Part shown: in pieces, positions 53,153 through 61,950 of the stretch | How positions within the stretch are numbered: the first letter of the stretch is position 1 | Layout: each line of letters starts with the position of its first letter | NCBI GenBank assembly: GCA_051884115.1 | Contig: JBJEVA010000098.1 | Coordinates: forward strand, 26,975 to 90,974 | Direction: 5' to 3' | DNA length: 64,000 nucleotides | DNA from: Candidatus Coproplasma sp. | GTDB lineage: Bacteria; Bacillota; Clostridia; Christensenellales; Borkfalkiaceae | The notes under the pieces: generated by a model | The model's input: only the letters and a program-made list of their open reading frames with translations | The model's database searches: none | What the model was told of the DNA's origin: nothing | Made by a program: the position numbers and the translations under genes

Positions 53153-54385
53153 TTAAGCCGATTTTTTATAGATTAGGGTGGGTTGAGCCTTGTCTTTTAT
53201 GCAATCACCCGTAACTATTACCTCTTTAATGTTTTCGTCCGAAGGGATTTTATACATAACCGAAGTCATAACGTTTTCTATAATGGTACGCAAACCCCTT
53301 GCGCCCGTCTTTAAGTTTATGGCGGTACGGGCGATTTCCCTTACTGCCTCTTCCTCTACGGTAAGTTTTACTCCGTCAAGCGCAATCAGCTTTTGATACT
53401 GCTTTATAATGGCGTTTTTAGGTTGGGTTAAAATATTTACGAGTGCATCTTCGTCTAAGGGATGAAGTGCAACTACTATGGGGATTCTGCCTACAAATTC
53501 AGGAATAAGACCGAACTTTGTTAAGTCCTGGGGCTTAACTTCTGCAAGGGCCTTATAGGTATCGGTGTCCGCCTCCCTTATCTCTCCGCCGAAGCCGAGC
53601 GAAGTCGTATCCTGTCTTGCCTGAACTATCTTATCAAGACCTACGAACGCACCTCCGCAGATGAAGAGAATGTTGGTCGTGTCTATGCGCAGGCACTCCT
53701 GCTGGGGGTGCTTTCTTCCGCCCTGAGGGGGAACGTTGGCAACGGTACTTTCAATTATCTTTAATAGAGCCTGCTGAACGCCCTCGCCCGATACGTCACG
53801 GGTGATGGATACGTTTTCGCTCTTTCGTGCGATTTTATCTATTTCGTCGATATAGATTATTCCGCGCTGAGCTTTTGCGATGTCGTAGTCTGCGTTTTGA
53901 ATGAGCTTTAACAAGATATTTTCGACGTCCTCGCCTACGTATCCAGCCTCAGTGAGAGTGGTTGCGTCCGAAGTGGCGAAGGGGACGTTTAAAATTTTAG
54001 CAAGCGTTCTTGCAAGCAAGGTTTTACCGCAACCCGTAGGACCTAATAACAAAATGTTGCTCTTATCTATTTCTACGTCGGCAAGCTCGCCATCGTCTTT
54101 GCCAAGACTGTTAATCCGCTTATAATGGTTATAGACGGCTACGGACAACACCCTTTTCGCCTCGTCCTGACCGACTATATATTTATCAAGTTCGGCTTTG
54201 ATTTCGGAAGGTTTTTTAAGGGGAACCGCCTCTGTTACCCCGCTCTTTTCGCTTTCGCTGAGCATATCTTTGCATATATCGACGCACTCGTCGCAGATAT
54301 ACGCACCGTTCTGACCTGCTATGAGTTTTTTAACCAACTCCTCAGGCTTACCGCAGAACGAACAGAATTTTTGACTGTCTTTCAT
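53153..54385 (-). CDS. clpX: ATP-dependent Clp protease ATP-binding subunit ClpX
   Basis: CSFCGK..CDEC zinc finger, [11 protein letters not shown]. The start was moved to the ATG at 54385 behind GGAG. Confidence 0.95.
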   Translation of the reverse strand: MKDSQKFCSFCGKPEELVKKLIAGQNGAYICDECVDICKDMLSESEKSGVTEAVPLKKPSEIKAELDKYIVGQDEAKRVLSVAVYNHYKRINSLGKDDGELADVEIDKSNILLLGPTGCGKTLLARTLAKILNVPFATSDATTLTEAGYVGEDVENILLKLIQNADYDIAKAQRGIIYIDEIDKIARKSENVSITRDVSGEGVQQALLKIIESTVANVPPQGGRKHPQQECLRIDTTNILFICGGAFVGLDKIVQARQDTTSLGFGGEIREADTDTYKALAEVKPQDLTKFGLIPEFVGRIPIVVALHPLDEDALVNILTQPKNAIIKQYQKLIALDGVKLTVEEEAVREIARTAINLKTGARGLRTIIENVMTSVMYKIPSDENIKEVIVTGDCIKDKAQPTLIYKKSA

Positions 54386-54450
54386 TTTTACTCCGTATTT
54401 TTTTGTCACGTCTAAATTATTGCCAACTTATTGATATTTAATCAGCGAAC

Positions 54451-55050
54451 TTATCTTTTAAAGAAAACCTTATCGATAAGCCCGTACTCTTTTGCCTCTT
54501 CTGCGGAGAGGTAGTTATCCCTGTCCGTATCGCGTTCAATCTGCTCGATAGGCTTTCCGCTGTTTGCAGATAGTATGGCATTGAGCTTTCTTCTCGTCTT
54601 TAATATATGCTCTGCGGCAATCTTTATATCGCTTGCCTGACCCTGCGCTCCGCCCAAGGGCTGGTGAATCATAATCTCGCTGTTGGGGAGTGCAAAACGC
54701 TTGCCCTTAGCACCGCTCGACAAAAGGAAGGCGCCCATAGAAGCCGCCATACCTATACAGATTGTAGATACGTCGCACTTAATATAATTCATAGTATCGT
54801 AGATGGCAAGACCGGCAGAAACCGAACCGCCGGGGCTGTTTATATAAAGATTTATATCCTTGGAAGAATCCTTTGCCTCAAGATAGATAAGCTGAGCGAC
54901 AACCGTATTTGCAACCGCATCGTCGATTTCACCGCTTAAAAATATTATTCTGTCTTCAAGCAATCTTGAATAGATATCGTAGGAACGCTCTCCGCGAGAG
55001 GTCTGCTCTACGATATAAGGTATAAGCGCACTGTTTTTTTCGTTGTTCAT
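54451..55050 (-). CDS. clpP: ATP-dependent Clp protease proteolytic subunit ClpP
   Basis: [28 protein letters not shown]. The start was moved to the ATG at 55050 behind AGGAG. Confidence 0.95.
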   Translation of the reverse strand: MNNEKNSALIPYIVEQTSRGERSYDIYSRLLEDRIIFLSGEIDDAVANTVVAQLIYLEAKDSSKDINLYINSPGGSVSAGLAIYDTMNYIKCDVSTICIGMAASMGAFLLSSGAKGKRFALPNSEIMIHQPLGGAQGQASDIKIAAEHILKTRRKLNAILSANSGKPIEQIERDTDRDNYLSAEEAKEYGLIDKVFFKR

Positions 55051-55095
55051 TTTATTACACGCTCCTGTTTTGGGAAATTTGCCGTAAGAAATTAT

Positions 55096-55116
55096 ATGGC
55101 GGCACTCAGCCGCCAT
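55096..55116 (-). terminator. Hairpin between tig and clpP (possible partial terminator)
   Basis: ATGGCGGC-loop-GCCGCCAT; only a moderately T-rich tail on the minus strand. Confidence 0.35.
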
Positions 55117-55137
55117 ACTTAAAACCTCTTTATCAGA

Positions 55138-56430
55138 TTATGCTACGAGGTTGTTGTTTGCAGAAAGGAACTCGAACAGCTTGGTTATTACCAAATCGTT
55201 TGCGATATATTCAAGCTGTCTTGCATCCATATTCTTTTTGTATTCCTCTACGGGCTTTTCTACGGATGTAGCCTGTTCTGCAATCTTGGCGTCTATCTCT
55301 TCCTGAGATACGGTGAGATTTTCTTCCTTTATAATCTTTTCAATTACGAGCTGAGAAAGTACCCTTGAGTGAGCCTGACCTGTGAACTGCGCTCTGAACT
55401 GTTCCATCGTCTGACCCATATACTGGATATAATCTTCAAGCTTCAAGCCCTGATACATAAGCCTGTATGAGAAGTCCTGAACGATAGAATCGATTTCGCT
55501 TTCAATCATAGCCTGGGGAATTTCACATTCGCAGGTTTCGCAGATTGCCTTAACTATGCTGTTTTCAGTCTGGTCACGGCTGTCGTTTTTCGCCTTGTTT
55601 TCAAGACGGGTACGAACCTTTGCCATATACTCTTCAATAGTTTCGCATCCGCCGTGTTTTTTAACGTATTCGTTGGTCATTTCGGGGAGCTTCTTGCCCT
55701 TGATTGAGTTGAGTTTGATGTGGAAGGACGCGTCCTTATCCCTTAAATTGTCTGCCTGATAGTCTGCGGGGAAGTGAACGGTTATATCCTTTTCTTCGCC
55801 GATTGCAAGCCCTGCAACCTGGTCTTCAAAACCGGGAATGAAGGCACCGCTACCTAATTCAAGGTCGTAGCCCTCTGCCGTACCGCCTGCAAAAGCTTCG
55901 CCGTCGCAATAGCCTTTGAAGTCAATATTAACGGTGTCGCCCATAGCGCAGGGTCTGTCGGTTACGTCAACGTCGGTAGCCTCTCTTAAAAGGATTTTGT
56001 CAGCTTCTTTTTTTACGTCCTCGTCGGTTACAGTATATTCGTACTTCTTGATTTCAAGTCCTTTATAAGAACCGATTTTAACGTCGGGCTTAACGGGAAC
56101 GATTGCGGAAAGAACTACTTTATCGTCATTGAGTTCGTTAACCGAAACGTCGGGATTGCCGACTGAAGTAAAGCTCTCCTTTTCCTTTTCAATGATGGTG
56201 GGATAGTTTTCTGAGAAGAGGTTATTCAATGCTTCGTCAAAGAAAACTGCTTTGCCGTAATAGTTTTCTAATACGGGCTTGGGTACCTTACCCTTTCTGA
56301 AACCGGGTACGGAGTACTTACCTCTCGTCTTTGCGTATGCGACGTCGATAGCCTTCTTCCATTCTTCACCCGTAAAAGTAATCGTAAGCTTTACTGTGCT
56401 TTTTTCTGATGCCTCAAAAGTGTAGTTCAT
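55138..56430 (-). CDS. tig: Trigger factor
   Basis: 430 aa; GFRKGKVP ribosome-binding motif and an FKBP-like middle domain. Confidence 0.92.
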   Translation of the reverse strand: MNYTFEASEKSTVKLTITFTGEEWKKAIDVAYAKTRGKYSVPGFRKGKVPKPVLENYYGKAVFFDEALNNLFSENYPTIIEKEKESFTSVGNPDVSVNELNDDKVVLSAIVPVKPDVKIGSYKGLEIKKYEYTVTDEDVKKEADKILLREATDVDVTDRPCAMGDTVNIDFKGYCDGEAFAGGTAEGYDLELGSGAFIPGFEDQVAGLAIGEEKDITVHFPADYQADNLRDKDASFHIKLNSIKGKKLPEMTNEYVKKHGGCETIEEYMAKVRTRLENKAKNDSRDQTENSIVKAICETCECEIPQAMIESEIDSIVQDFSYRLMYQGLKLEDYIQYMGQTMEQFRAQFTGQAHSRVLSQLVIEKIIKEENLTVSQEEIDAKIAEQATSVEKPVEEYKKNMDARQLEYIANDLVITKLFEFLSANNNLVA

Positions 56431-56586
56431 ATAATTTCTCCTGATTTTATGCCGTTTATTTTTGATACGAATTATATTTTAACATAATTGTTTTATTTTG
56501 AAAAGCGATTTACCGCCCGTTATCAATTTACTTTTTAAAATTTTCGGGTTATAATCTTATAAAATAAACTAAAGGAGGGAGAATAA

Positions 56587-58266
56587 ATGCCACAAGACGC
56601 TTTCACGCTTAGATACGTTGCCCAAGAGCTTAATTGTGCTTTGACGGGCGGAAAGATTTCTAAAATCAACCAACCCGAAAAAGACGTACTCTCCCTTTTA
56701 ATATACACGCGTTCAGGCACGGTTAAACTTAATTGTGACCTTTCTGCAAAATATTGCCGTTTAAGCTTGGGTGAAAAATTAGAATTTCCTAACCCCGAAG
56801 TTGCGCCTAACTTCTGCATGCTTTTAAGAAAACACCTGCAAAACGCAGAGATTTTACGCGTTGCGCAAGCCGATAAAGAGAGGGTTGTATATTTCGATTT
56901 GCGCTGTTTTTCCGAATTCGATACGACGGATATGCGCCTTTATTTTGAAATAATGGGCAAATACTCCAACGCCATTTTGGTAAAGGACGGCGTGATTGTA
57001 GGGGCTATGAAGACCGCCTCCTTAGAGACGGGGGCAAGGCGTGTGACTTTGAGCGGAGCAAAATATTTACCCCCTGCCAAACAGGACAAGATTGCACAAG
57101 ACGACTTACTATCGATTAAAGAAGCGTTTGAATTTATCGAGGGCGACAAGGCTAAGTTTATAGCCGACAGAATTTCGGGCGTGGCATATACCACCGCCTG
57201 CGATATAGAAGAGTTATACGGGAAAGACGTTTCCGCAGAGCAGGTTTATTCCTACTTAAACGACGAAAATTACACCCCCTGCATCGCATTACGCGACGGA
57301 GAGATTTACGACTTTAAGGCAAGGCTCACGCAGAACGGCTCTAAACGCAAAACACTGTTAGAGGCGCAGAGCGAGTTTTACGATTACGCCATAGGCAAGA
57401 AGAAATACCAAGACGCTAAAAGACGGTTAAATTCGGCGTTGTCTTCGGCAATAAAAAAGGCGGAAAAAAGGCTTTCCGCCATACGCGACAAGCTTTCCGA
57501 ATGTGACAAAGCAGAGGACGTTAAATTATGCGGAGAACTAATTACCGCCAACATATATGCCGTTCAACGGGGTATGGACAGCTTTGAAGCAATAAATTAT
57601 TACGACGAAAACTGCGGTAAAATCAAGATTGCGTTAGACCGCCGTCTTACCCCCTCGCAGAACGCGCAGAAGTATTATAAAAAGTACGCAAAGTTAAAGC
57701 GAACAGAACAAAATCTATCCTCACAGATAAAGGAAGAGAGCGAAAAGTTAGACTATCTTTTAACCATTTCATCAAACATAGAGTGTGCGGAGAGCTTGGT
57801 CGATTTAAAGGAAACCGAGGACGAGCTTATCTCCCTCTCGCTCATTCCGCCAAGGCCCAAGGTTAAAGGGCAGAAGAAAAACGTTGAAACGGGAAACAAT
57901 TTCAGGAGGTACGTATTCGACGGCTTTACGGTGCTTTGCGGAAGAAACAACGTACAGAACGACAATATGACAAAAGGGCTTTCGCCAGAGGATATATGGC
58001 TACATGCAAAGACTTTCCACTCCGCACACGTGGGAATTATTTGCGACGGAAAAAAGCCGACTGAGCTTGCGATTAAGCTCTCTGCGGAGGTGTGCGCCTA
58101 CTACTCAGACGCACGGCAAAACGGCAAAGTACCTATCGATTTTACGCAAAAGAAAAACGTTAGAAAACCCAAAGGAGCCAACACGGGTTTCTTTGAATAC
58201 ACAAATTTTAAAACTTTATTAGTTGCGCCCAATGCGCATACGGAGGAAAAACTTGATGAGCAATAA
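56587..58266 (+). CDS. rqcH: NFACT-family ribosome quality control protein RqcH (FbpA-like)
   Basis: N-terminal NFACT-N (KISKINQPEKDVL), coiled-coil middle region, C-terminal NFACT-R (WLHAKTFHSAHV); SD GGAGGGAG. Confidence 0.8.
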   Translation: MPQDAFTLRYVAQELNCALTGGKISKINQPEKDVLSLLIYTRSGTVKLNCDLSAKYCRLSLGEKLEFPNPEVAPNFCMLLRKHLQNAEILRVAQADKERVVYFDLRCFSEFDTTDMRLYFEIMGKYSNAILVKDGVIVGAMKTASLETGARRVTLSGAKYLPPAKQDKIAQDDLLSIKEAFEFIEGDKAKFIADRISGVAYTTACDIEELYGKDVSAEQVYSYLNDENYTPCIALRDGEIYDFKARLTQNGSKRKTLLEAQSEFYDYAIGKKKYQDAKRRLNSALSSAIKKAEKRLSAIRDKLSECDKAEDVKLCGELITANIYAVQRGMDSFEAINYYDENCGKIKIALDRRLTPSQNAQKYYKKYAKLKRTEQNLSSQIKEESEKLDYLLTISSNIECAESLVDLKETEDELISLSLIPPRPKVKGQKKNVETGNNFRRYVFDGFTVLCGRNNVQNDNMTKGLSPEDIWLHAKTFHSAHVGIICDGKKPTELAIKLSAEVCAYYSDARQNGKVPIDFTQKKNVRKPKGANTGFFEYTNFKTLLVAPNAHTEEKLDEQ

Positions 58267-58597
58267 CAGCGATAAAGAAAACAAAACTCAGGAAGAAGAG
58301 CAAGAAAATAAAAAGAATTACAACCTCTTTTACATTTCGTTAGGCTGTTTCGGCGCGGGCTTAATACTGCTTGTTTTAACCATTGTGTTTACGTTTGTAT
58401 TGAAGAACGGTATTGCCATTTACTTCCTTGTGTCGAGTATGATTTGCGAACTTGCTTCCATATCCTTTCTTAACGGGCAAAAGCAGAAATTCGGAAGAGA
58501 GAAGCGTGAGTCTGTCTTTGTCATTTTAAGCTACGTAGTAATGGGCGTTGCGCTGATAATCTTCTTGACGGGAATGAGTGCAAATATCATTGCGTAA
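58256..58597 (+). CDS. Small hypothetical membrane protein
   Basis: The start was moved to the ATG at 58256 behind GGAGGA, overlapping the rqcH stop. Two to three hydrophobic spans. Confidence 0.45.
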   Translation: MSNNSDKENKTQEEEQENKKNYNLFYISLGCFGAGLILLVLTIVFTFVLKNGIAIYFLVSSMICELASISFLNGQKQKFGREKRESVFVILSYVVMGVALIIFLTGMSANIIA

Positions 58598-58643
58598 CAT
58601 ACAAAACGCATAACAAGGCACCGTTTGCGACATACTCTTTTAT

Positions 58644-59018
58644 ATGGAAGAACTATGCCGTGCCGTGTCCGAAACACTTATAAAAACAGGCGGAAACGGT
58701 TATAAAATTTTTTATGAAGACGAGCTTATAGAAGCCCTGCCGGAAGATTTTAAAAACAGAGAAACGCTTGAAGCTGTTTTAAAAAAGCTTGACGCGGAGG
58801 GGTTTATAGACGTTAAGTATGCAAGGGGCGAAGCCTTCTGTATTGCCGTTATCAAGGAGTACGAGATAGAGGAAGCCTGCGAAGAAGTTGTTCCTCAAAC
58901 GGCAACGTGCAAGCTTGACGTTAAAGATAAGAAGTTTTATATAATTTCCGCGCTCTCTGCCTTTGTCGGCGGTTTAATAGGCGGTTGCGTTGTGGCGCTT
59001 GCCGTGGCGGTGAGCTGA
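58644..59018 (+). CDS. Hypothetical protein: N-terminal winged-helix-like domain plus a C-terminal TM anchor
   Basis: LKKLDAEGFIDVKYARGEAFCIAV wing-like segment; C-terminal IISALSAFVGGLIGGCVVALAVAV. Confidence 0.4.
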   Translation: MEELCRAVSETLIKTGGNGYKIFYEDELIEALPEDFKNRETLEAVLKKLDAEGFIDVKYARGEAFCIAVIKEYEIEEACEEVVPQTATCKLDVKDKKFYIISALSAFVGGLIGGCVVALAVAVS

Positions 59019-59380
59019 TGCTTAGCCGTAGGGAAAACGAAGTGATGAGCGCGGTATATTGCCTATGCGACGGTACGGACGGTTGCTTTATCTCTCCCCT
59101 CGACATTATGAGCATACTCCCCTCGGGAAGGAGATATACGCAGGAGAGAATTGAGGACGCGCTCAACGAGCTTAAACAGGACGGCTACCTCGATTTGATT
59201 TCTTCCGAACGCAAGGGCGAAAAGATGTACGTAATCTCGCTTAAGGAGAGCGGTCTTGCCTATAAAAGGACTATACGGCAGAAAAGGCAGGATATGCTTT
59301 ACCGTATTTTAACGGCTTTCGTGGGCGCCTTTGCTACGTTTATATTCGGACTTTTGTTAAAGGTTATTTTTAAATCTTAA
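59018..59380 (+). CDS. Hypothetical protein with the same architecture (winged-helix-like plus C-terminal TM anchor)
   Basis: TGATG overlap with the upstream stop; RENEVMSAVY...LNELKQDGYLDLISSERKGEKMYVISL; C-terminal ILTAFVGAFATFIFGLLLKVIF. Confidence 0.45.
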   Translation: MLSRRENEVMSAVYCLCDGTDGCFISPLDIMSILPSGRRYTQERIEDALNELKQDGYLDLISSERKGEKMYVISLKESGLAYKRTIRQKRQDMLYRILTAFVGAFATFIFGLLLKVIFKS

Positions 59381-59386
59381 ATGAAA

Positions 59387-59415
59387 ACACGGACGTTTGA
59401 CGTCCGTGTTTTTTT
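59387..59415 (+). terminator. Rho-independent terminator
   Basis: ACACGGACGT-TTG-ACGTCCGTGT followed by TTTTTT. Confidence 0.85.
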
Positions 59416-59430
59416 ATCACTTAAGACTTT

Positions 59431-59477
59431 GGGATTGCCACGTCACCCCTTACGGGGTTCCTCGCAATGACGAGGAA
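59431..59477. repeat. Dispersed short element, copy 2: GGGATTGCCACG-N18-CTCGCAATGACGA with internal hairpins
   Basis: Internal hairpins are CCCC-TTAC-GGGG and TTCCTCG-CAATGA-CGAGGAA. It shares both terminal motifs with 15841-15886. Confidence 0.55.
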
Positions 59478-59557
59478 ACCAAATTTCTAATACTCCCCAC
59501 CTTATTCGGGCAAGTCCCTCTGCGGAGATACAAGCAAGAGCAGGAGCCTGCGGTTTT

Positions 59558-59701
59558 GCCGACGGGAGTTTACAAAAGTAGTAAATGACTGAAGGTTGCC
59601 ACAGTGCAATCACCCAAGCAGGTCACTCTGGAAAGATGCGAGTAGTTCAAGGCGTGTGAGTACCGCCGACAGGAGCTTACTCAATTCGTAAGTGACTGAG
59701 G
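59558..59701. repeat. Two ~38-nt direct repeats (59558-59595 and 59665-59701), each with a 5-6-bp hairpin
   Basis: GCCGACGGGAGTTTACAAAAGTAGTAAATGACTGAAGG versus GCCGACAGGAGCTTACTCAATTCGTAAGTGACTGAGG. Confidence 0.6.
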
Positions 59702-59748
59702 CGGAACGGAACACAACGCAGAAATACGATGCATATTTACAGAGAAAC

Positions 59749-61122
59749 TTATTTTTCGCAGAAGGCTACCATCGCCTTATACATTGAGTACAGGTCCGCC
59801 TTTGAAATTATTTCGTAGGGGGCGTGCATGGAGAGTACGGGGACGCCCATATCGCAGGTGTCTATACCGAGGTTTGCGATATACATTGCAACCGTTCCGC
59901 CTCCGCCTATATCTATCTTGCCGAGTTCACCCGTCTGCCAAATTACGCCTGCCTTATCGAAGGCGTCGCGAAGATAGCCGACCATTTCCGCAGACGCGTC
60001 GTTGGTATTGCCCTTGCCCCTTGAACCGTGGTACTTTGTAAGCGACGCTCCGCAGTTGATATAGGACGCGTTGTTCTTTTCATATACGTCTGCATATGCA
60101 GGGTCGTAACCTGCCGTAACGTCCGCCGAAACGCACTTGGAGCGGTAGCGTACGAGAACGGGGTCTGCGCCTAACGCCTTGGATACGCAGTCAATTAAAT
60201 CGAGAATAACTCGCGACTGCATACCCGTAACGCCCTGACTTCCCGTCTCCTCCTTATCGGCAAATACGGCGATAATCGTATCTTCCGACTTGCAGTCGAA
60301 AAGTGCAGTCATCTCGGGATATGCGCACACCTTATCGTCGTGACCGTACGCAGAGATTAAAGAACGGTCAAGCCCTACGTCTCTGGGTTTGCCAGCAGGT
60401 ACGAAGCATAGTTCGCTCGTCTGGAAATCTATTTCGCGTATGCCGTACTTATTGTACAGAAGTTTAAGGGCGCCTGCCTTAACAGACTTTTCCGTATCGT
60501 CCTCTTCTCCCTTTTCGGGAATGGTAGTTAAAATCGCGTTAAGGTTTTCAGCCGATATTGCAGTACCGAGGGGCTTTGCGCTCTGTTCCTGTGCAAGGTG
60601 GGGAAGTAAGTCCGTAATGTAGAATATGGGGTCGCCCTCGTCTTCGCCTATGCAGATATCAACCCTCTTTCCTTCGGGAAGAACGGCTACGCCGTGCAGT
60701 GCAAGGGGAATAGTGGGCCACTGATACTTTTTAATTCCGCCGTAGTAGTGCGTCTTTAAAAAGGATATTCCGCCTGCTTCAAACACGGGATTGGGTTTTA
60801 AATCGAGACGGGGGCTATCGACGTGAGCCGCCATAATCTTAACGCCGTACTCTTCGATATTACGGGAACCAACCCTTATTATAAATATGTTTTTATCTCT
60901 GTTTATAAAGTAGAGCTTATCGCCCGCCTTGATTTTATCCCCGAACATATAGGGCTTATATCCCTTGCTTTCGGCAATTTTTTTAGCGGTAGCGGTTGCG
61001 CCCCTTTCAGTCTTTGAAGTAAAGAGAAACTCCTTATATTCTTCGGCATAGTCGAAGATTCTTTTAAGTTCCTTTTCGTCAGCTTCCTCATAGTAATTTT
61101 TGCGTTTGTATTCGTAATCCAT
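59749..61122 (-). CDS. M18 family aminopeptidase (aminopeptidase 1-like)
   Basis: 457 aa; AAHVDSPRLDLKP; HDDKVCAY; MHAPYE near the C-terminus; SD AAGGAGA. Confidence 0.8.
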   Translation of the reverse strand: MDYEYKRKNYYEEADEKELKRIFDYAEEYKEFLFTSKTERGATATAKKIAESKGYKPYMFGDKIKAGDKLYFINRDKNIFIIRVGSRNIEEYGVKIMAAHVDSPRLDLKPNPVFEAGGISFLKTHYYGGIKKYQWPTIPLALHGVAVLPEGKRVDICIGEDEGDPIFYITDLLPHLAQEQSAKPLGTAISAENLNAILTTIPEKGEEDDTEKSVKAGALKLLYNKYGIREIDFQTSELCFVPAGKPRDVGLDRSLISAYGHDDKVCAYPEMTALFDCKSEDTIIAVFADKEETGSQGVTGMQSRVILDLIDCVSKALGADPVLVRYRSKCVSADVTAGYDPAYADVYEKNNASYINCGASLTKYHGSRGKGNTNDASAEMVGYLRDAFDKAGVIWQTGELGKIDIGGGGTVAMYIANLGIDTCDMGVPVLSMHAPYEIISKADLYSMYKAMVAFCEK

Positions 61123-61245
61123 ATCTTAAATCTCCTTTATCACTTTACCACGGAATATTATAACACAACAAAGTTTTTTGTCAACAGGGGTTTTGCAACT
61201 AATGCGCAATTATTTTTTGATATTACTTTTAGTTTTACCTGATAT

Positions 61246-61321
61246 AAAAATTGGTATAATTATTTTGCCGATAAATTTCGTTTTAACTATTTACTAATTA
61301 TAAAAAATGGTATATAATTAT
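61246..61321 (+). promoter_or_regulatory. Duplicated extended -10 promoter motif (AAAAATTGGTATAATTAT / AAAAAATGGTATATAATTAT) upstream of the Gx transporter gene
   Basis: TGgTATAAT lies at 61252-61260. The second copy is TGgTATATAAT at 61308-61318, 7 nt before the ATG at 61326. Confidence 0.45.
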
Positions 61322-61325
61322 AGGT

Positions 61326-61874
61326 ATGAAAAGTCAAGATGGGGTAAAACGTATTAACGCAAAAAAAATTGCAACTCTCGGCGTGCTGACTGCGCTGAGC
61401 CTTATAGCGTTTTTACTCGAAAACTTGTTCCCCCCTCTCTTTATTCCGGGGGCTAAGCTTGGGCTCGCCAACGCGTTTACCTTAATCGCACTAATTATAT
61501 ATACACCCATCGAAGCCTTTATAATCGTAGCTGTGCGAACTTTGCTCGGCGCACTGTTTGCAGGCAATATCTCTGCCGTAATGTACAGCTTTACGGGCGG
61601 TATGCTGTCTATGGCGGTGAGTTCGGTTTTAGTATATACTCTTCACCCCCGCATTTCGCTTTTAAGTATAAGCGTTGCAGGGGCGGTTGTTCATAACCTT
61701 ACGCAAAACGCAGTCTTTGTGCTCGTTTCCGCAACCCCGCTTGCGTTTTCCTATGCGCCTTACCTTGCTTTAATAGGCATAGCTTCGGGTGCGTTTATAG
61801 GGGCGGTAGTTACCTTTACCGTTAAGCGTATTCCAGATACGGCTTACGTTAGGCTATTGGGCGTAAATGCTTAG
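61326..61874 (+). CDS. Gx transporter family protein (Hpre_diP_synt_I-like membrane protein)
   Basis: LENLFPPLFIPGAKLGLANAFTLIALIIY pattern; 5 hydrophobic spans. Confidence 0.75.
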   Translation: MKSQDGVKRINAKKIATLGVLTALSLIAFLLENLFPPLFIPGAKLGLANAFTLIALIIYTPIEAFIIVAVRTLLGALFAGNISAVMYSFTGGMLSMAVSSVLVYTLHPRISLLSISVAGAVVHNLTQNAVFVLVSATPLAFSYAPYLALIGIASGAFIGAVVTFTVKRIPDTAYVRLLGVNA

Positions 61875-61950
61875 CTTTGGTTTTATTTTAGAAAAATTAA
61901 CTTGTTTTTAATTTTAAATTAAAATATAAAAATGATACAGGAGGACGACA

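Noticed and set aside
59397-59588. A 63-aa ORF (MTSVFFYHLRLWDCHVTPYGVPRNDEE...).
   Set aside because: It starts inside the upstream terminator stem and is simply the translation of the dispersed repeat element. It has no RBS.
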